From NCBI RefSeq assembly GCF_036917935.1, contig NZ_JBALEL010000022.1:111460-175459 (forward strand): 64,000 nt of DNA, given 5' to 3'. Shown here piece after piece: positions 22,094 through 33,071 of this stretch (position 1 is its first letter; each line of letters opens with the position of its first letter). The notes beneath the pieces were generated by a model. It did not search any database. It was not told the DNA's origin and worked only from the letters and a program-made list of their open reading frames with translations. The DNA is from Nostoc sp. (GTDB lineage Bacteria > Cyanobacteriota > Cyanobacteriia > Cyanobacteriales > Nostocaceae). The translations under genes were made by a program, and so were the position numbers.

Positions 22094-22128
22094 GCTAGTA
22101 CGCCTTTATCAAAGTCAATTTTTTTTAA

Positions 22129-22330
22129 GATAGACGTGGAGCAGCTTACCCCAGGCTACCGCCTTCTGGTGCGTTGGCTTCCACCAGGGCACCAGAACTA
22201 CGCATACTCTTACGGAGAAGCAAGCTACGTGTAACGTCTCGTAGAGAAGAACGATGCTTATACCATTTCTATATGAAGACGCATAGAAAGAACCCCACCG
22301 CTTGCGGCATCTCCCCTTACCTCAGAGGTA
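22129..22330. repeat. Nest of small dispersed repeats between ftsW and the convergent gene
   Basis: TTCTGGTGC...GCACCAGAA hairpin; GGAGAAGCAAGCTAC, GTCTCGTAGAGAAG and CCCCACCGCTTGCGGCATCTCCCCTTACC motifs. Confidence 0.65.
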
Positions 22331-24629
22331 AGGGAGTCTTAAATGGGCTATTTCTAGGTGGCAGAGTAGGTGGAATTGGGTTAATGCCAGGTATAGGAGT
22401 AGGAGTAGGCTCTACTTTTTTGAGTACCGTGATTGCAAATCCTCTTTGCTGGGATTGTTGCTTACCAGATATATCATTCACTAGCAGTCCGATTTGAGGG
22501 GGGAAAGCTTGATTGACTGGAAGCTTCATTGAGCCAACTGGTGGAACGTCATTGCCGTATGGTAGAAGTTTAACCTGAATATTTTCTCCCTCTACTCTCC
22601 AACTCAGGGTAGCAGATTCGCCTTCGTTGAGAACCAAATTTGGTTGCTCGCTACCATTGATTCTAAAAGAGACAATCTTAAATGGTTTCGGCAATATTTC
22701 AATTTTTGATTCAGTCTTTTTAAAACTAGTTTTTTGACTTCCATTGTTAGGAAAAGCTTTGACTTCAAAGGCATATTTTCCAGCTTTATATGCTGATAGA
22801 GGAATATTTGTACATCGCAGTTGCTGATTTTGTTGTGTACATAGCTTTTGAAGTTTCGGGTCTGTAATATTACCTTGATTAAATTTATAAGTAACTGGTT
22901 TACTATATAATGTACCATCATCTGCACTGCCAGCAAGTTGAATTTGTGCTAACAATAATGGCCGGGCAATTGTCCAGGTTAAAAGTATATTTTGACCTTT
23001 TGTATACAGTGGTTTATCTGCTTGGAAACTAAGTACTTCCGCAATTTGTTTTTCAGCTATTTCTACTTGGGTTGTTTGGCTGGCTACTTTGTTATTAGGA
23101 GAAAATAATTTTATCCCATTACGATAAAAGGCTTGTAACTCAAAAGTGTAATTCCCTTTTGTTTTCACTCCAGTTTTAACGTTGCTACAAATTAGCTCTT
23201 GTTTATCTTGCACCTGACAAGGAGGTATTTCATTAGGGCTTCCCTTACCCAGTGTTTCCGGAATGCCATTGCTAAAGTTATATGTAATCGGCTGAATCGG
23301 TTGCGAACCTTTGGCTGTCAGAACCAACTTTTGCAACTGTTGATAATTGTGAATGTCCCATTTCAAAGCGACTTCATCGTCTTCAGTGATTTGAGAGTCA
23401 TTTGCACTAAAATTTTCTAATCTCAAAGGATCGGGGTTTAAAATTCGCCAAATGATGAATCCTATCCCACCTAGTAACCCCAAAACTGCTAAAATTAACA
23501 GAATAAATTGCCACCAAGGACGGGATTTCCATACCAAAGTTCCTTGAGGCAATGTGTTAGGTAGGGGTAAATTTTGTTGGTCTTTGATGTCGAGTTGAAA
23601 GTTGACCACTAACCCTGTGCCAAACCACGGTCGTCGCCACCAAGGTCTGGGTTTGACCGTCAAATTAGCCAGGGCACTTCTATTAGGTAATAATCTTACT
23701 TCAGTCGGATCAAATTTGTAAGTATATAGTTCTTCTTCGTCTCGACTTTTTAAGTTTAATATCAGTTCACGGACAATATTACCCTGGTTAGTTAGTGATA
23801 ATTCGTACTTGCCAAGACTACGGCTAACTTGTCCCAAGATGGTATTAAGTTCTATATCTAGGCGATAATTTGTCGGAATTTGGATATACACCAAATCTAG
23901 CAATACTAAGTCTGGAGAGTTTTCCGAATACAAGCGGATTGTCGGAGAATAGCTTCCCGCAAGGGTATCCCCAGGTGGGTGAAATTTCAACAGTATTTGA
24001 CCTTGAGTACCAGGGTTGAGTTCTAGTGCAGTCACGTCAGACACTAACCCTGTCCCCTCAAATCCAGTTGCAGGATAATTAATTGTGAACCAGTCATCGT
24101 CTAAATCTGGGCAACTCAAGCGGAACCTGTCTACGAGATAAGAGCGATTGTCAACTATTACCTCCACTTGCAGAGGTTCACTAGGATTGAAAATTAGCGG
24201 TTTGTTGGGGTTGGTGTTAGGTCTAAGGGAAAATGTCGGATCATTTACCCGAATTGCTGTCTGTTCTTTTAGCAGAACCTTAATTTGGTTTGGGAAGGTT
24301 ATGGGAGTATCTTGGGGATAATGTACAGGGGAATCTACGACTAGTGTATAGTCATAGGTTCCGGGGAGAGCATTTGCAGCGATTTGAAACTCAAATTTTA
24401 CTTCGTCGCTATTTTGCCCTGGAGCTAATGCTAAACTTTCTCTAGGAGAACTAGACCAGCCGGTTAAATTTTGAAATACTTCGTCAAAAACAAAATATAA
24501 GTCAATAACTGCACTCTGATCTCCCTGATTGATTACAACAACATAGAGTTCAATGGTGTCTCCTGGCATCCCAAATTGAATTCCAGGTGGGTTGATAATA
24601 ACTTGCAGTGGATTGAATTTAGCTTGCAT
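22317..24629 (-). CDS. Membrane-anchored protein: three Ig-like (NEW3/COG1470-like) modules, TM helix, further beta-sandwich domains, Pro-rich tail
   Basis: ATG at 24629 with AAGGGAG RBS. Three ~120-aa modules with V-x-N-x-G/S and L-x-L-x-PG motifs; TM segment WWQFILLILAVLGLLGGIGFIIW. Confidence 0.75.
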   Translation of the reverse strand: MQAKFNPLQVIINPPGIQFGMPGDTIELYVVVINQGDQSAVIDLYFVFDEVFQNLTGWSSSPRESLALAPGQNSDEVKFEFQIAANALPGTYDYTLVVDSPVHYPQDTPITFPNQIKVLLKEQTAIRVNDPTFSLRPNTNPNKPLIFNPSEPLQVEVIVDNRSYLVDRFRLSCPDLDDDWFTINYPATGFEGTGLVSDVTALELNPGTQGQILLKFHPPGDTLAGSYSPTIRLYSENSPDLVLLDLVYIQIPTNYRLDIELNTILGQVSRSLGKYELSLTNQGNIVRELILNLKSRDEEELYTYKFDPTEVRLLPNRSALANLTVKPRPWWRRPWFGTGLVVNFQLDIKDQQNLPLPNTLPQGTLVWKSRPWWQFILLILAVLGLLGGIGFIIWRILNPDPLRLENFSANDSQITEDDEVALKWDIHNYQQLQKLVLTAKGSQPIQPITYNFSNGIPETLGKGSPNEIPPCQVQDKQELICSNVKTGVKTKGNYTFELQAFYRNGIKLFSPNNKVASQTTQVEIAEKQIAEVLSFQADKPLYTKGQNILLTWTIARPLLLAQIQLAGSADDGTLYSKPVTYKFNQGNITDPKLQKLCTQQNQQLRCTNIPLSAYKAGKYAFEVKAFPNNGSQKTSFKKTESKIEILPKPFKIVSFRINGSEQPNLVLNEGESATLSWRVEGENIQVKLLPYGNDVPPVGSMKLPVNQAFPPQIGLLVNDISGKQQSQQRGFAITVLKKVEPTPTPIPGINPIPPTLPPRNSPFKTPLPLR

Positions 24630-24642
24630 GTCATTGACTCCC

Positions 24643-26877
24643 TTATTTGATGCGGTGTAGTTTGACCTGAAAATCTTCGCTACCACTCACAATCATGGTT
24701 CCTTGATTTGTTTTCAAGTCGATACTATTGATTTTTTTAGAGCTTTGGTAAATTGTTTTACCTTCTGCGGCTTTTGTTTTGTCGAGCTGATGTTTGGGGG
24801 TTAAGTACCAAACCACAACTCGGCCATCATCGCTACCACTTACTAAGAGACTACCATCATCACTAAATGCCAGACTACGCACAGATGTTTTTGATGCTGG
24901 CCAGCGGTCTAGTGGCGAACAATTGAGTTCATTTACTTTTTCGAGGGGATTCGGATTTTTGATAGTTTGACACTGATTCAAATTCCAAATCGTAATAAAG
25001 CCCGCAGAATCGGAGGTTGCGAGGATTTTTTCTGCCGAATTAGGAACAAAAGCCAATGCCCAAATATAGTCTTCACGCCCAACTAATGGGTCTAGTTTTT
25101 CTAGATTTTGCACAGATAAACCTGGGAATTGTTTATCAGATTGAGTTGGGTTCCACTGCCACAAGATGAAACGCTTAAAGTTTCCAGCAATTACGAGAGT
25201 TTTTGCATCTGGACTGAGATTTAATGCCCGGACTTGGAAACCTGATAGTTTCAATGTACTTTGTACGTCGATAACTTGCGGTTCTGGCAGAAAATCGCTG
25301 TTAGGCGCTGGTCTTGACCATAATCTAACTTTACCACTGCCATAACCACTGAATAAGTTAAGTGAGTTTGAGGTGAAAGCTAAGTCAAAAACGCGATCGC
25401 CTTTTGCTTTAGGATCTTTAAGGTCTTGAAGTTGGCTAATCTTTGCACCTGATGGGACATCTCTGAGTTCAATTACACCATTATCTAAACCAACAGCCGC
25501 GCGATCGTTTTGTAACGGCATGAAGCGTAAGACTTGTACTGCGTCATCGGTAATCGCCATCAACCCTTTGGGCTGTTGCGGTTGCTCACAAGCAAGGGGC
25601 TGCCCTGCGTATGTTACTCTGTCATCGGGGTCTAAGTTATCAGCACCGATTCTCCAAAGTCTTAAGGTACAATCATCTGAGCCACTGACTACAGATAAAC
25701 CAATACCACTAAAACGCACTGAGTTTACAGAACGGGTATGCATTACATCTCTTGGTTGCAGGATTAATGCTAGGAGTGCGGCTAAAAGTGCGATCGCAGC
25801 CAATTGTAGCCATAGAGGTATAATTGGCAAAGTCTCCACTTCTAATGTCTGCGTGGCTGGGTCTGTACTCCCTAAACGTTGGTCGGATAATTCCGATTTA
25901 GCTTCCAGCAACAAAGTTTTGCCGATTCCTACCCAAGGGCGTTTTGTTTTAACATCGAGGATAACTTTACTTGTCTCTCCTAGATGCAGATTGGCGGTTT
26001 CAGGAAGGTTTTTAAAACTACATTTTCGCCAGTCTCTACCCTGCACCTGCACATTAATTTGCTGGTTGAGGTTGCTAGCGTTTTTAAATAGTAATTCAAA
26101 GGAAGCTGTATCAGATTTCCAGTCAGGCAACCATGCCGATTTACTAGGAATTTTCAGGTGTTTTTCTCTAGTGGTAAAGTCTATAAAACCTACAGGTAAA
26201 ACTTCAATGTTGCCTTCAGCATTAGTGGGATAACCGTTATTGCTAACAGCTTCAATAGTAAAAGGGTAATTTTGACTGGGCGCTTGTACTACAGAAGGAG
26301 GTTGGCATTGGAATGTGGCTTCTGCTAAACCACCTGGATCTAAAGATAATCGACGTTCTGCACTGCCAGCCAGCCAAGACGGATCAACACCTGTAAAACG
26401 TAGCATCACCTCAGTCGGTTGTTGCCCCAAGTTCCGCACCCTTACAGGTATATCGACAGAATTGCGGGGATAAACTTGGAACTCTCGCACAGGCAATTCT
26501 ACACTTAAATGTGTTGGTCTGTTGTCTCGCTCGATTTTCAGACGTAGCACAAGTCTGCACTGTTGTGCTAATTGCGGTGAAAAAATCTTCACCATTAGGT
26601 TGACAGTACCGATAAATCCCGGAATGGGTGTATTGAATACGAAGACTTGGAAGATGGTACTACTGCCGGGTGGCTTGGCTGCTGCTACCTCTGGTTCGAG
26701 TCTATACCAGCGATATCCTGTGTTTCGGGTTTCTCCAGCTGCGGCAATTTCTATCTGAAAATTGACGAAGCGATCGCTGTCATTATTGACAGTTACCTCA
26801 AATGATACAGGAGTATCACCGGGACGAAAGGTTAGGTTCTGAGTAGAAAGGCTGGCATTAATAACACTTTTTTCCAT
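24643..26877 (-). CDS. Membrane-anchored protein: three Ig-like (NEW3-like) modules, TM helix, WD40 propeller
   Basis: Paralogous N-terminal modules; TM segment LWLQLAAIALLAALLALIL; WD repeats SGSDDCTLRLW, SGYGSGKVRLW, SDSAGFITIW, SGSDDGRVVVW. Confidence 0.8.
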   Translation of the reverse strand: MEKSVINASLSTQNLTFRPGDTPVSFEVTVNNDSDRFVNFQIEIAAAGETRNTGYRWYRLEPEVAAAKPPGSSTIFQVFVFNTPIPGFIGTVNLMVKIFSPQLAQQCRLVLRLKIERDNRPTHLSVELPVREFQVYPRNSVDIPVRVRNLGQQPTEVMLRFTGVDPSWLAGSAERRLSLDPGGLAEATFQCQPPSVVQAPSQNYPFTIEAVSNNGYPTNAEGNIEVLPVGFIDFTTREKHLKIPSKSAWLPDWKSDTASFELLFKNASNLNQQINVQVQGRDWRKCSFKNLPETANLHLGETSKVILDVKTKRPWVGIGKTLLLEAKSELSDQRLGSTDPATQTLEVETLPIIPLWLQLAAIALLAALLALILQPRDVMHTRSVNSVRFSGIGLSVVSGSDDCTLRLWRIGADNLDPDDRVTYAGQPLACEQPQQPKGLMAITDDAVQVLRFMPLQNDRAAVGLDNGVIELRDVPSGAKISQLQDLKDPKAKGDRVFDLAFTSNSLNLFSGYGSGKVRLWSRPAPNSDFLPEPQVIDVQSTLKLSGFQVRALNLSPDAKTLVIAGNFKRFILWQWNPTQSDKQFPGLSVQNLEKLDPLVGREDYIWALAFVPNSAEKILATSDSAGFITIWNLNQCQTIKNPNPLEKVNELNCSPLDRWPASKTSVRSLAFSDDGSLLVSGSDDGRVVVWYLTPKHQLDKTKAAEGKTIYQSSKKINSIDLKTNQGTMIVSGSEDFQVKLHRIK

Positions 26878-27328
26878 ACTATTACTTATAATATTTTTTT
26901 ATATTCTGGATGATTAGCACTATTAAAAAATTAATGTCTCGCGAAAATGTGACAGTTGTTCTCTTCCTTGAACGCCTGCTAGGGTAAGGCACATAACTGT
27001 GGCACTTAAACGTCGAACAATTGTTTTAGCACTGAGATGAATTGGGAACTCCACATTGTAGATTGATAGTTGCTGCATACGAATATTGAGCTAATTTTCT
27101 TTATCTTTAATAATTAATCGGAAATTATCTCATATAGACAAATAATATGAGTGAAGTGTTATGGAACTTTCACTAATAAAACCCTAGATTTTGAACAGAA
27201 TTGTTAAGATACCATGTGAAATCTATGTCAATAAAGAATGTAGAAACCTAGCACTGCTACGTTTCTACAAGGGTTCTGGATAACGCATATTTAATTTCTG
27301 GATATGACCTCTTAGCAACGCCTTAACA

Positions 27329-29404
27329 TTAAAATCGCTGCCCAATTCCTAGATGCACCTTGCTTTCTCCCTGGTCATTAATGCCATAGTCAGCCCGAAT
27401 TAAGCCTAGTGGTGAATCTAATCGCACTCCCGCCCCATAACCAAAACCATAACCTGGTTTATCCCGCACACCAGCCGGATCTCCTAATACAGTATCACCA
27501 GAGCCTAAATCTGAGGCAAAGTCGGCAAACAATACACCGCCTACAATTGGTAATACGGGAAAACGATATTCTGCGGAAGCTAACACATAACTGCGACCAC
27601 TGCCAACTTCTCCAGAATCGTAACCGCGCACTGAATTGGAACCACCCAAGTTAAAGCTTTCGTAGGGCGGTAAATTCCCAATGACGGTACCAGCTTGCAG
27701 ATTCACTGCAAAAACTTGTGGCTGTTTGCTGTTAAATAACTGGACTGGTAAATATTGGCTGTAGTTGGCTTTGAGGCGATTTAGAGAAATATTACCTTGA
27801 CCGATAGGTATAGATTGTTCTGTACTCAGACTTAAAACGGAACCTTGAGTTGGATTGATGGGGTTATCTCGTTGGTCTTTGGTGGCGATGAAGGATACGG
27901 TAGTTAGGTCGTCAATACCAGTTCCACTCACAGAGAGGGGATTGCCTTGAGCGTCGGTTGGGGTAATATTACCTTGGCGATCGCGAATACTAGTTCGGGT
28001 ATAGTTTAATCCTAATGAGGTATTCCAGTCATCAATTGGTCGCTGCAAGCTGATACCACCGCCAATTTGACCTTCTCGCACTTTGTCGCCGTTAGCTAGC
28101 GTAATCTTGTCATCAAAGGTTTCCGAAAGTTCTCGATTCCGAAAACCATTCAGAGTATAGCCCAAGCGATCGGGGTTAGTTGTCCGATAGGGACTGATAA
28201 ATTTGGTATTAAACTGCAAGTCTCGGCTACTTACACCAACATTCGCAGCTAAAGTATCATTAATACCGCCGACATTCTGATCTTGATAGCTGATTGTACC
28301 TACCAATCCCTGATCGGCATTGTAACTACCACCCAAGTTAACACCACGCGCCCCAGTTTCTTTGAGTTGATAGACTAAATCAAGTTTTGTCGCATCTCCT
28401 TCTAAGGCAACATTCACAGTTTCAAATAAACCAGTACGATATAGCTGTTGTATGTCTTGTTTAACGACATTTTCTTGGAAGATTTGACCAGGTTTCAACT
28501 TGAGTTGTTGTTGTAGGAAATCTGGTTTAGTGCGTCCTCCGACGGGATTACCCTTACTATCAACAGTTTTACCCTCATCGCTGATAAAGCGAAACTTAAT
28601 ATCACTCACCAAGCCTTCAGCAACATTCACAGTGAGAATACCTTGAGAACTGGGTTTAATTGATAGCACCCGCGCCAAGTTATAACCATTTTCGGCGTAC
28701 CACTTGTTAATTTGTGCTACTGCTTGTTGCAGTCCAATGGGACTGATGGTGGTTCCAATCTGAGATTGCAAACGTTGTTGGGCGACTTGATAGGTAAGTA
28801 CTTTAGCACCAGATAATTGCAGCGATCGCACAATCAGCGGTTGCACTTGATAAACTACATTTAATCCAGTCTGTGTACTAAAGCTATTCACACTGACATT
28901 GCTAAATAAACCTGTATCTAAAATTGCAGCGACATCTTTTTGTAACTGGCTTTGACTGGTTTCTCCACCAGCCTCAGTTTTAATGACTTTGCGAATGATC
29001 TCCTGCAATTCTTGATTGGCTCCCACTACCTGTACATCTGTAGCTGTAACTACTAAATCGTTTTCAGTAGCAGGAGTTTTGGGAGATGAGGGGGAAAAAG
29101 AGGGAGTGGGAAGGAGTGTTACAGGAGAATTACCCTTGTCTGCTGACTTTAAGACTACTGGGGAATTTTTGTTTGCACCTGTTTGTACGATGACGAGATT
29201 TTGGGAAAATTGTTGTGCAACTATAGTTTCTGGGGAAGCAATTGTCTCTACCCGTGCGGGAGTGTCTTCAATTCTCGACACCACCAAGTTACCAGCTTTT
29301 GCAGTTGGCGTAACGGTTTTAGCAGGTGCAGCCGTTGCTTGCTGAGTGACATTGCCAGCAGCTAAAGTAGCTAAAGTAAAAATTGCAGTAGCAGAAACTC
29401 GCAT
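27329..29404 (-). CDS. Omp85/BamA family outer membrane protein
   Basis: Signal peptide, POTRA-like domains, LGGSNSVRGY motif, C-terminal GLIRADYG...HLGIGQRF. Confidence 0.92.
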   Translation of the reverse strand: MRVSATAIFTLATLAAGNVTQQATAAPAKTVTPTAKAGNLVVSRIEDTPARVETIASPETIVAQQFSQNLVIVQTGANKNSPVVLKSADKGNSPVTLLPTPSFSPSSPKTPATENDLVVTATDVQVVGANQELQEIIRKVIKTEAGGETSQSQLQKDVAAILDTGLFSNVSVNSFSTQTGLNVVYQVQPLIVRSLQLSGAKVLTYQVAQQRLQSQIGTTISPIGLQQAVAQINKWYAENGYNLARVLSIKPSSQGILTVNVAEGLVSDIKFRFISDEGKTVDSKGNPVGGRTKPDFLQQQLKLKPGQIFQENVVKQDIQQLYRTGLFETVNVALEGDATKLDLVYQLKETGARGVNLGGSYNADQGLVGTISYQDQNVGGINDTLAANVGVSSRDLQFNTKFISPYRTTNPDRLGYTLNGFRNRELSETFDDKITLANGDKVREGQIGGGISLQRPIDDWNTSLGLNYTRTSIRDRQGNITPTDAQGNPLSVSGTGIDDLTTVSFIATKDQRDNPINPTQGSVLSLSTEQSIPIGQGNISLNRLKANYSQYLPVQLFNSKQPQVFAVNLQAGTVIGNLPPYESFNLGGSNSVRGYDSGEVGSGRSYVLASAEYRFPVLPIVGGVLFADFASDLGSGDTVLGDPAGVRDKPGYGFGYGAGVRLDSPLGLIRADYGINDQGESKVHLGIGQRF

Positions 29405-29637
29405 AATATTTAACCTAGTTAACTGGGAGTTATACTAATTTTGGATTTTAGATTTTAGATTTTTGATTAAAAGTCTTGACCAAAAGGCTGTTCGGTGGAA
29501 TTTCAAACAATACTACCTATCCAAAATTGGTGTTAGTTGTACGAAAGTAAAGAAATAGGGATAATACTAACTTCCAGCTTCTTCGCCGATTTCCCTATTT
29601 ATACCTCTTACCCAAATAGACAGTTAATTTTGATATT

Positions 29638-31011
29638 TTGTTTCTTATGAGTAATGTATCTCGGTCATCCCTAGCTTCTAACTCCCAATCTGTAACTTCT
29701 CCTTTGCGGTTACTTGTATTAAGTAATGGTCATGGGGAAGATATGATTGCAGTTCGGATTTTGCAAGAACTCCAACGACAACCAAACCCACCAGAAATCT
29801 TTGCTTTACCTCTGGTGGGTGAAGGACATGCTTATCAACAGTTGGATATTCCACTCATCGGTTCAGTCCGCACTATGCCTTCTGGCGGCTTTATTTATAT
29901 GGATGGACGCCAATTAGCGCGGGATGTACGCGGTGGTTTATTGCAACTTACCCTCAGCCAGATTAAAGCTGTTCGCCGTTGGGTAAGTTCTCAAAAAAAA
30001 TTAGGTAACAAAAGAGCGATTTTAGCAGTGGGAGATATTGTCCCGCTGTTATTTGCAACTTTCAGCGGCGCTAATTATGCTTTTGTCGGTACGGCGAAAT
30101 CTGAATATTATGTGCAAGATGAAGCTGGATTATTACCACGGAAATCTCAGAATGCACGTTGGGAAAACTTTTCTGGTTCAGTTTACCATCCTTGGGAACG
30201 TTGGTTAATGAGTCGTCGCCGTTGTAAGGCAGTGTTCCCTAGAGATGCGCTGACGACGGAAACATTAAAACAATGGCCAATTCCAGCTTTTAATCTCGGT
30301 AATCCCATGATGGATGGTCTAGAACCGACCTTTTCACGCCAACAATTTTATAGTCAGGATGTCCAACAACAAGAGACAGTTCGGCCTCTAATGGTGACTC
30401 TTCTTCCTGGTTCCCGTCCGCCAGAGGCATACACGAACTGGGAAAAAATTATGATTGCCGTTTCTGCATTGATGGCAAGTTTCCAGGAGCGAGATTCGGT
30501 GTTTTACACTTCTGGCACAGTGATATTTTTAGGTGCGATCGCTCCTAGTTTAGACTCTCATATTTTATCCCAAAGTGTGCAATCCCAAGGCTGGCGCACT
30601 GAATCAGCATCTCCTATCCAACTTCGCGACCCAAATGTATTAACATTTAAACAGAGAAATGCCTATCTGCTGTTGACACAACAAGCCTATAATGATTGCT
30701 TGCATTTGGGAGATTTAGCGATCGCAATGGCAGGGACAGCCACAGAACAGTTTATCGGTTTAGGGAAACCTGCGATCGCGATTTCCGGTAATGGGCCACA
30801 ATATAACCCTGCTTTTGCTGAAGCTCAAAGTCGCCTTCTTGGATCATCTCTGATTTTAATTGATCAGCCGTCAGAAGTAGCGAAGGTTGTACAATCCCTA
30901 TTTAAAAATCCTGATAATTTGCAAATTATTGCCGAGAATGGTGGCCGACGCATGGGCAAATCGGGAGCAGCACTACGCATTGCTAATTGCTTGCAGGAAA
31001 GATTGGGATGA
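29638..31011 (+). CDS. Lipid-A-disaccharide synthase-related protein (GT-B fold)
   Basis: LSNGHGED, LPLVGEG, LLPGSR and AMAGTATEQ motifs. Confidence 0.85.
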   Translation: MFLMSNVSRSSLASNSQSVTSPLRLLVLSNGHGEDMIAVRILQELQRQPNPPEIFALPLVGEGHAYQQLDIPLIGSVRTMPSGGFIYMDGRQLARDVRGGLLQLTLSQIKAVRRWVSSQKKLGNKRAILAVGDIVPLLFATFSGANYAFVGTAKSEYYVQDEAGLLPRKSQNARWENFSGSVYHPWERWLMSRRRCKAVFPRDALTTETLKQWPIPAFNLGNPMMDGLEPTFSRQQFYSQDVQQQETVRPLMVTLLPGSRPPEAYTNWEKIMIAVSALMASFQERDSVFYTSGTVIFLGAIAPSLDSHILSQSVQSQGWRTESASPIQLRDPNVLTFKQRNAYLLLTQQAYNDCLHLGDLAIAMAGTATEQFIGLGKPAIAISGNGPQYNPAFAEAQSRLLGSSLILIDQPSEVAKVVQSLFKNPDNLQIIAENGGRRMGKSGAALRIANCLQERLG

Positions 31012-31023
31012 TCGGGCATTGAG

Positions 31024-31048
31024 TATTGGGTATTGGGTATTGGGTATT
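31024..31048. repeat. STRR heptamer tandem repeat (TATTGGG)3
   Basis: Direct reading. Confidence 0.85.
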
Positions 31049-31086
31049 CTCCTTGTCCCCTTGTTCCCTCATCTCCCCCTAGTCCC

Positions 31087-31809
31087 TCACGCTACCAACC
31101 CAGAACGTAAGGCCCTCACAGCAGCTTGGGTACGGTCATCAGCACATAGTTTATTTAGAATATTACGAACATGGGTCTTCACAGTACCAACCGTAATGTA
31201 GAGTTTCTCAGCAATCTGACCATTGCTACACCCAGCTACAATCAACTCCAGAATTTCTAGTTCCCGTTGAGTCAAGGGGTATGTTTCCAAAACTTGCTCG
31301 TATTCTGTCGCCAGCGCCTCAATTTTTACAGTCTTCGGCTTGTCAGAACTTTGGCTTTCTCCAGGAATACCTTGCCGCATCTTCCGCAATACCACATTGG
31401 CAATTGCCGGATCAATCCAAGAGTTACCGCCGTGAGTTGCTTGGATCGCCTCTGTTAATTTACTGATGCTGGTTTCTTTCATATAATAAGAATCAGCACC
31501 AGCGGCGAAGGCTGCAAGTACAGCATCCTCTGTATGATCCATTGTCAGGATGAGAATCTTCGTATTTGATTGCCCAGTTTCAGCCTGGTAGCGTTTGAAT
31601 TTACGAGTGAGTTCGATGCCATCCATGTCAGGCAAGCCGATATCTACAACCGCTACGTCTGGCTTTGCCGTTTCTAAAAGTTTTAATCCTTGGGTAGCAT
31701 TTGCTGCTTCGCCAATTACTTTCAATGCACTATGAGACTGTAATGCCGCTCGTAGCCCCATTCGCGTTAAGTCATGATCTTCAATTAAAATAATACTAAT
31801 TTCATTCAT
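31087..31809 (-). CDS. Response regulator, NarL/FixJ family (REC + LuxR HTH)
   Basis: ILIEDH, VVDIGLPDMDG, LTQRELEILELI...ITVGTVKTHVRNI. Likely ATG at 31809. Confidence 0.95.
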   Translation of the reverse strand: MNEISIILIEDHDLTRMGLRAALQSHSALKVIGEAANATQGLKLLETAKPDVAVVDIGLPDMDGIELTRKFKRYQAETGQSNTKILILTMDHTEDAVLAAFAAGADSYYMKETSISKLTEAIQATHGGNSWIDPAIANVVLRKMRQGIPGESQSSDKPKTVKIEALATEYEQVLETYPLTQRELEILELIVAGCSNGQIAEKLYITVGTVKTHVRNILNKLCADDRTQAAVRALRSGLVA

Positions 31810-33071
31810 CGCTACACTCACTCTTGTGCCGTTGGCATCTTTCAAAGTATTACCTTTCTCTAACTACTATCTCTTATTTTCCCAAACTAAAGATAGATGA
31901 TATTTCAACCAGTCTGCATCCACCGATAGAAATAATAAGTACCCAATTTTTTGATATTTAGATAGAGGACAAATCTAGCTGAAGATATATGGATACTTAG
32001 ACAAAAAGTATGAAATATTGAGACAAATGCCAAATTGCTGCTTCCTGCTTATAATTCAGCTTGAAGTTGCCATGTTCCATTCCTTAATTAGTATTATTTT
32101 GTATAAAACTTAAAAAAAAGCTTACGAAAATGAAAAAATTACAGCGCGTCAAAGTTGCTTTACGAAAAAGTAAAGGATGGTTTGGAACGATTTTTAACCA
32201 AACCTTTGGATTCATCCAATTGATGGAGCCAATAGAAATCCTCATGGAAGGGAATCAGACGGGGTTAAAATTTGCCAGAATCAGCAACAGCAAAGTAATT
32301 CGTAGTCCTTTGTGGCTAGCTTGTTCGCCTGACTTTTCAAAAAATATACAAGCCATCTGTGCAAACCTCACCCCTTTTAGGTTTTTAATTTCTGCCTAAC
32401 TTTTGTCGGGAAGCTTTCTTATGGGTTAAGTTTTGGTAATTTTACGAACATGTATTAAGTCCGATCTAGCTGGGTAAATACTAACACAGTCCTGGCGATC
32501 GCTAAGAAAATTGTCGAAATTTCAGGAGGTAGGATTACTTCAGATTCACGAATAGGTATAGATAGTACTTTTTTATTTAGCTGGTCTAACTAATCTGATA
32601 GGTAAAACTCTTCAAGCTTATGGTACACGATAATGGGATGCAACTCTCACCAATGGCTGACGACGGTGGCTTGCTCACTCATTTACAATTGTTTTAAGCT
32701 GAGTAAAGTATTTTATTTTACTTTAATATCAGCTGCGTCTACTTTGTTAATTACTAATTTTTTGATAGTCATTGAGCATTTATTAAGAGTTTAATTCCCC
32801 GACTCTGGTAAATTAATCAGATTCAGGATGCAAAAGACTCAATTTAAACCCAGGTAAATGCCCGAAAGAGTGATTAATATACTACTAGGGGAGAAGAAGG
32901 AAGTTGATGTGATGGATGTCAAGCAGGCATGAAAGTGGATATTATGCACAATATCTTAATCAATCAAATTACAGATTTTAGATGTCCGAAAATATTATAT
33001 TCTTTAGTTGGATAATCTGAAAAGGGAAATATTAAACATCAACCTATGTTTGGCGGTAAAAATAAAACCCG

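Noticed and set aside
25520-26233. 237-aa plus-strand ORF inside the WD40 gene, and similar shadow ORFs within apcE, lpdA, SWIM, omp85 and EPS genes
   Set aside because: They are confined within well-supported genes and show no independent protein signal, unlike the 3017-3881 case.
32130-32399. 89-aa ORF in the long regulator-kinase intergenic region
   Set aside because: No family motif or clear RBS; cannot be distinguished from a chance ORF.
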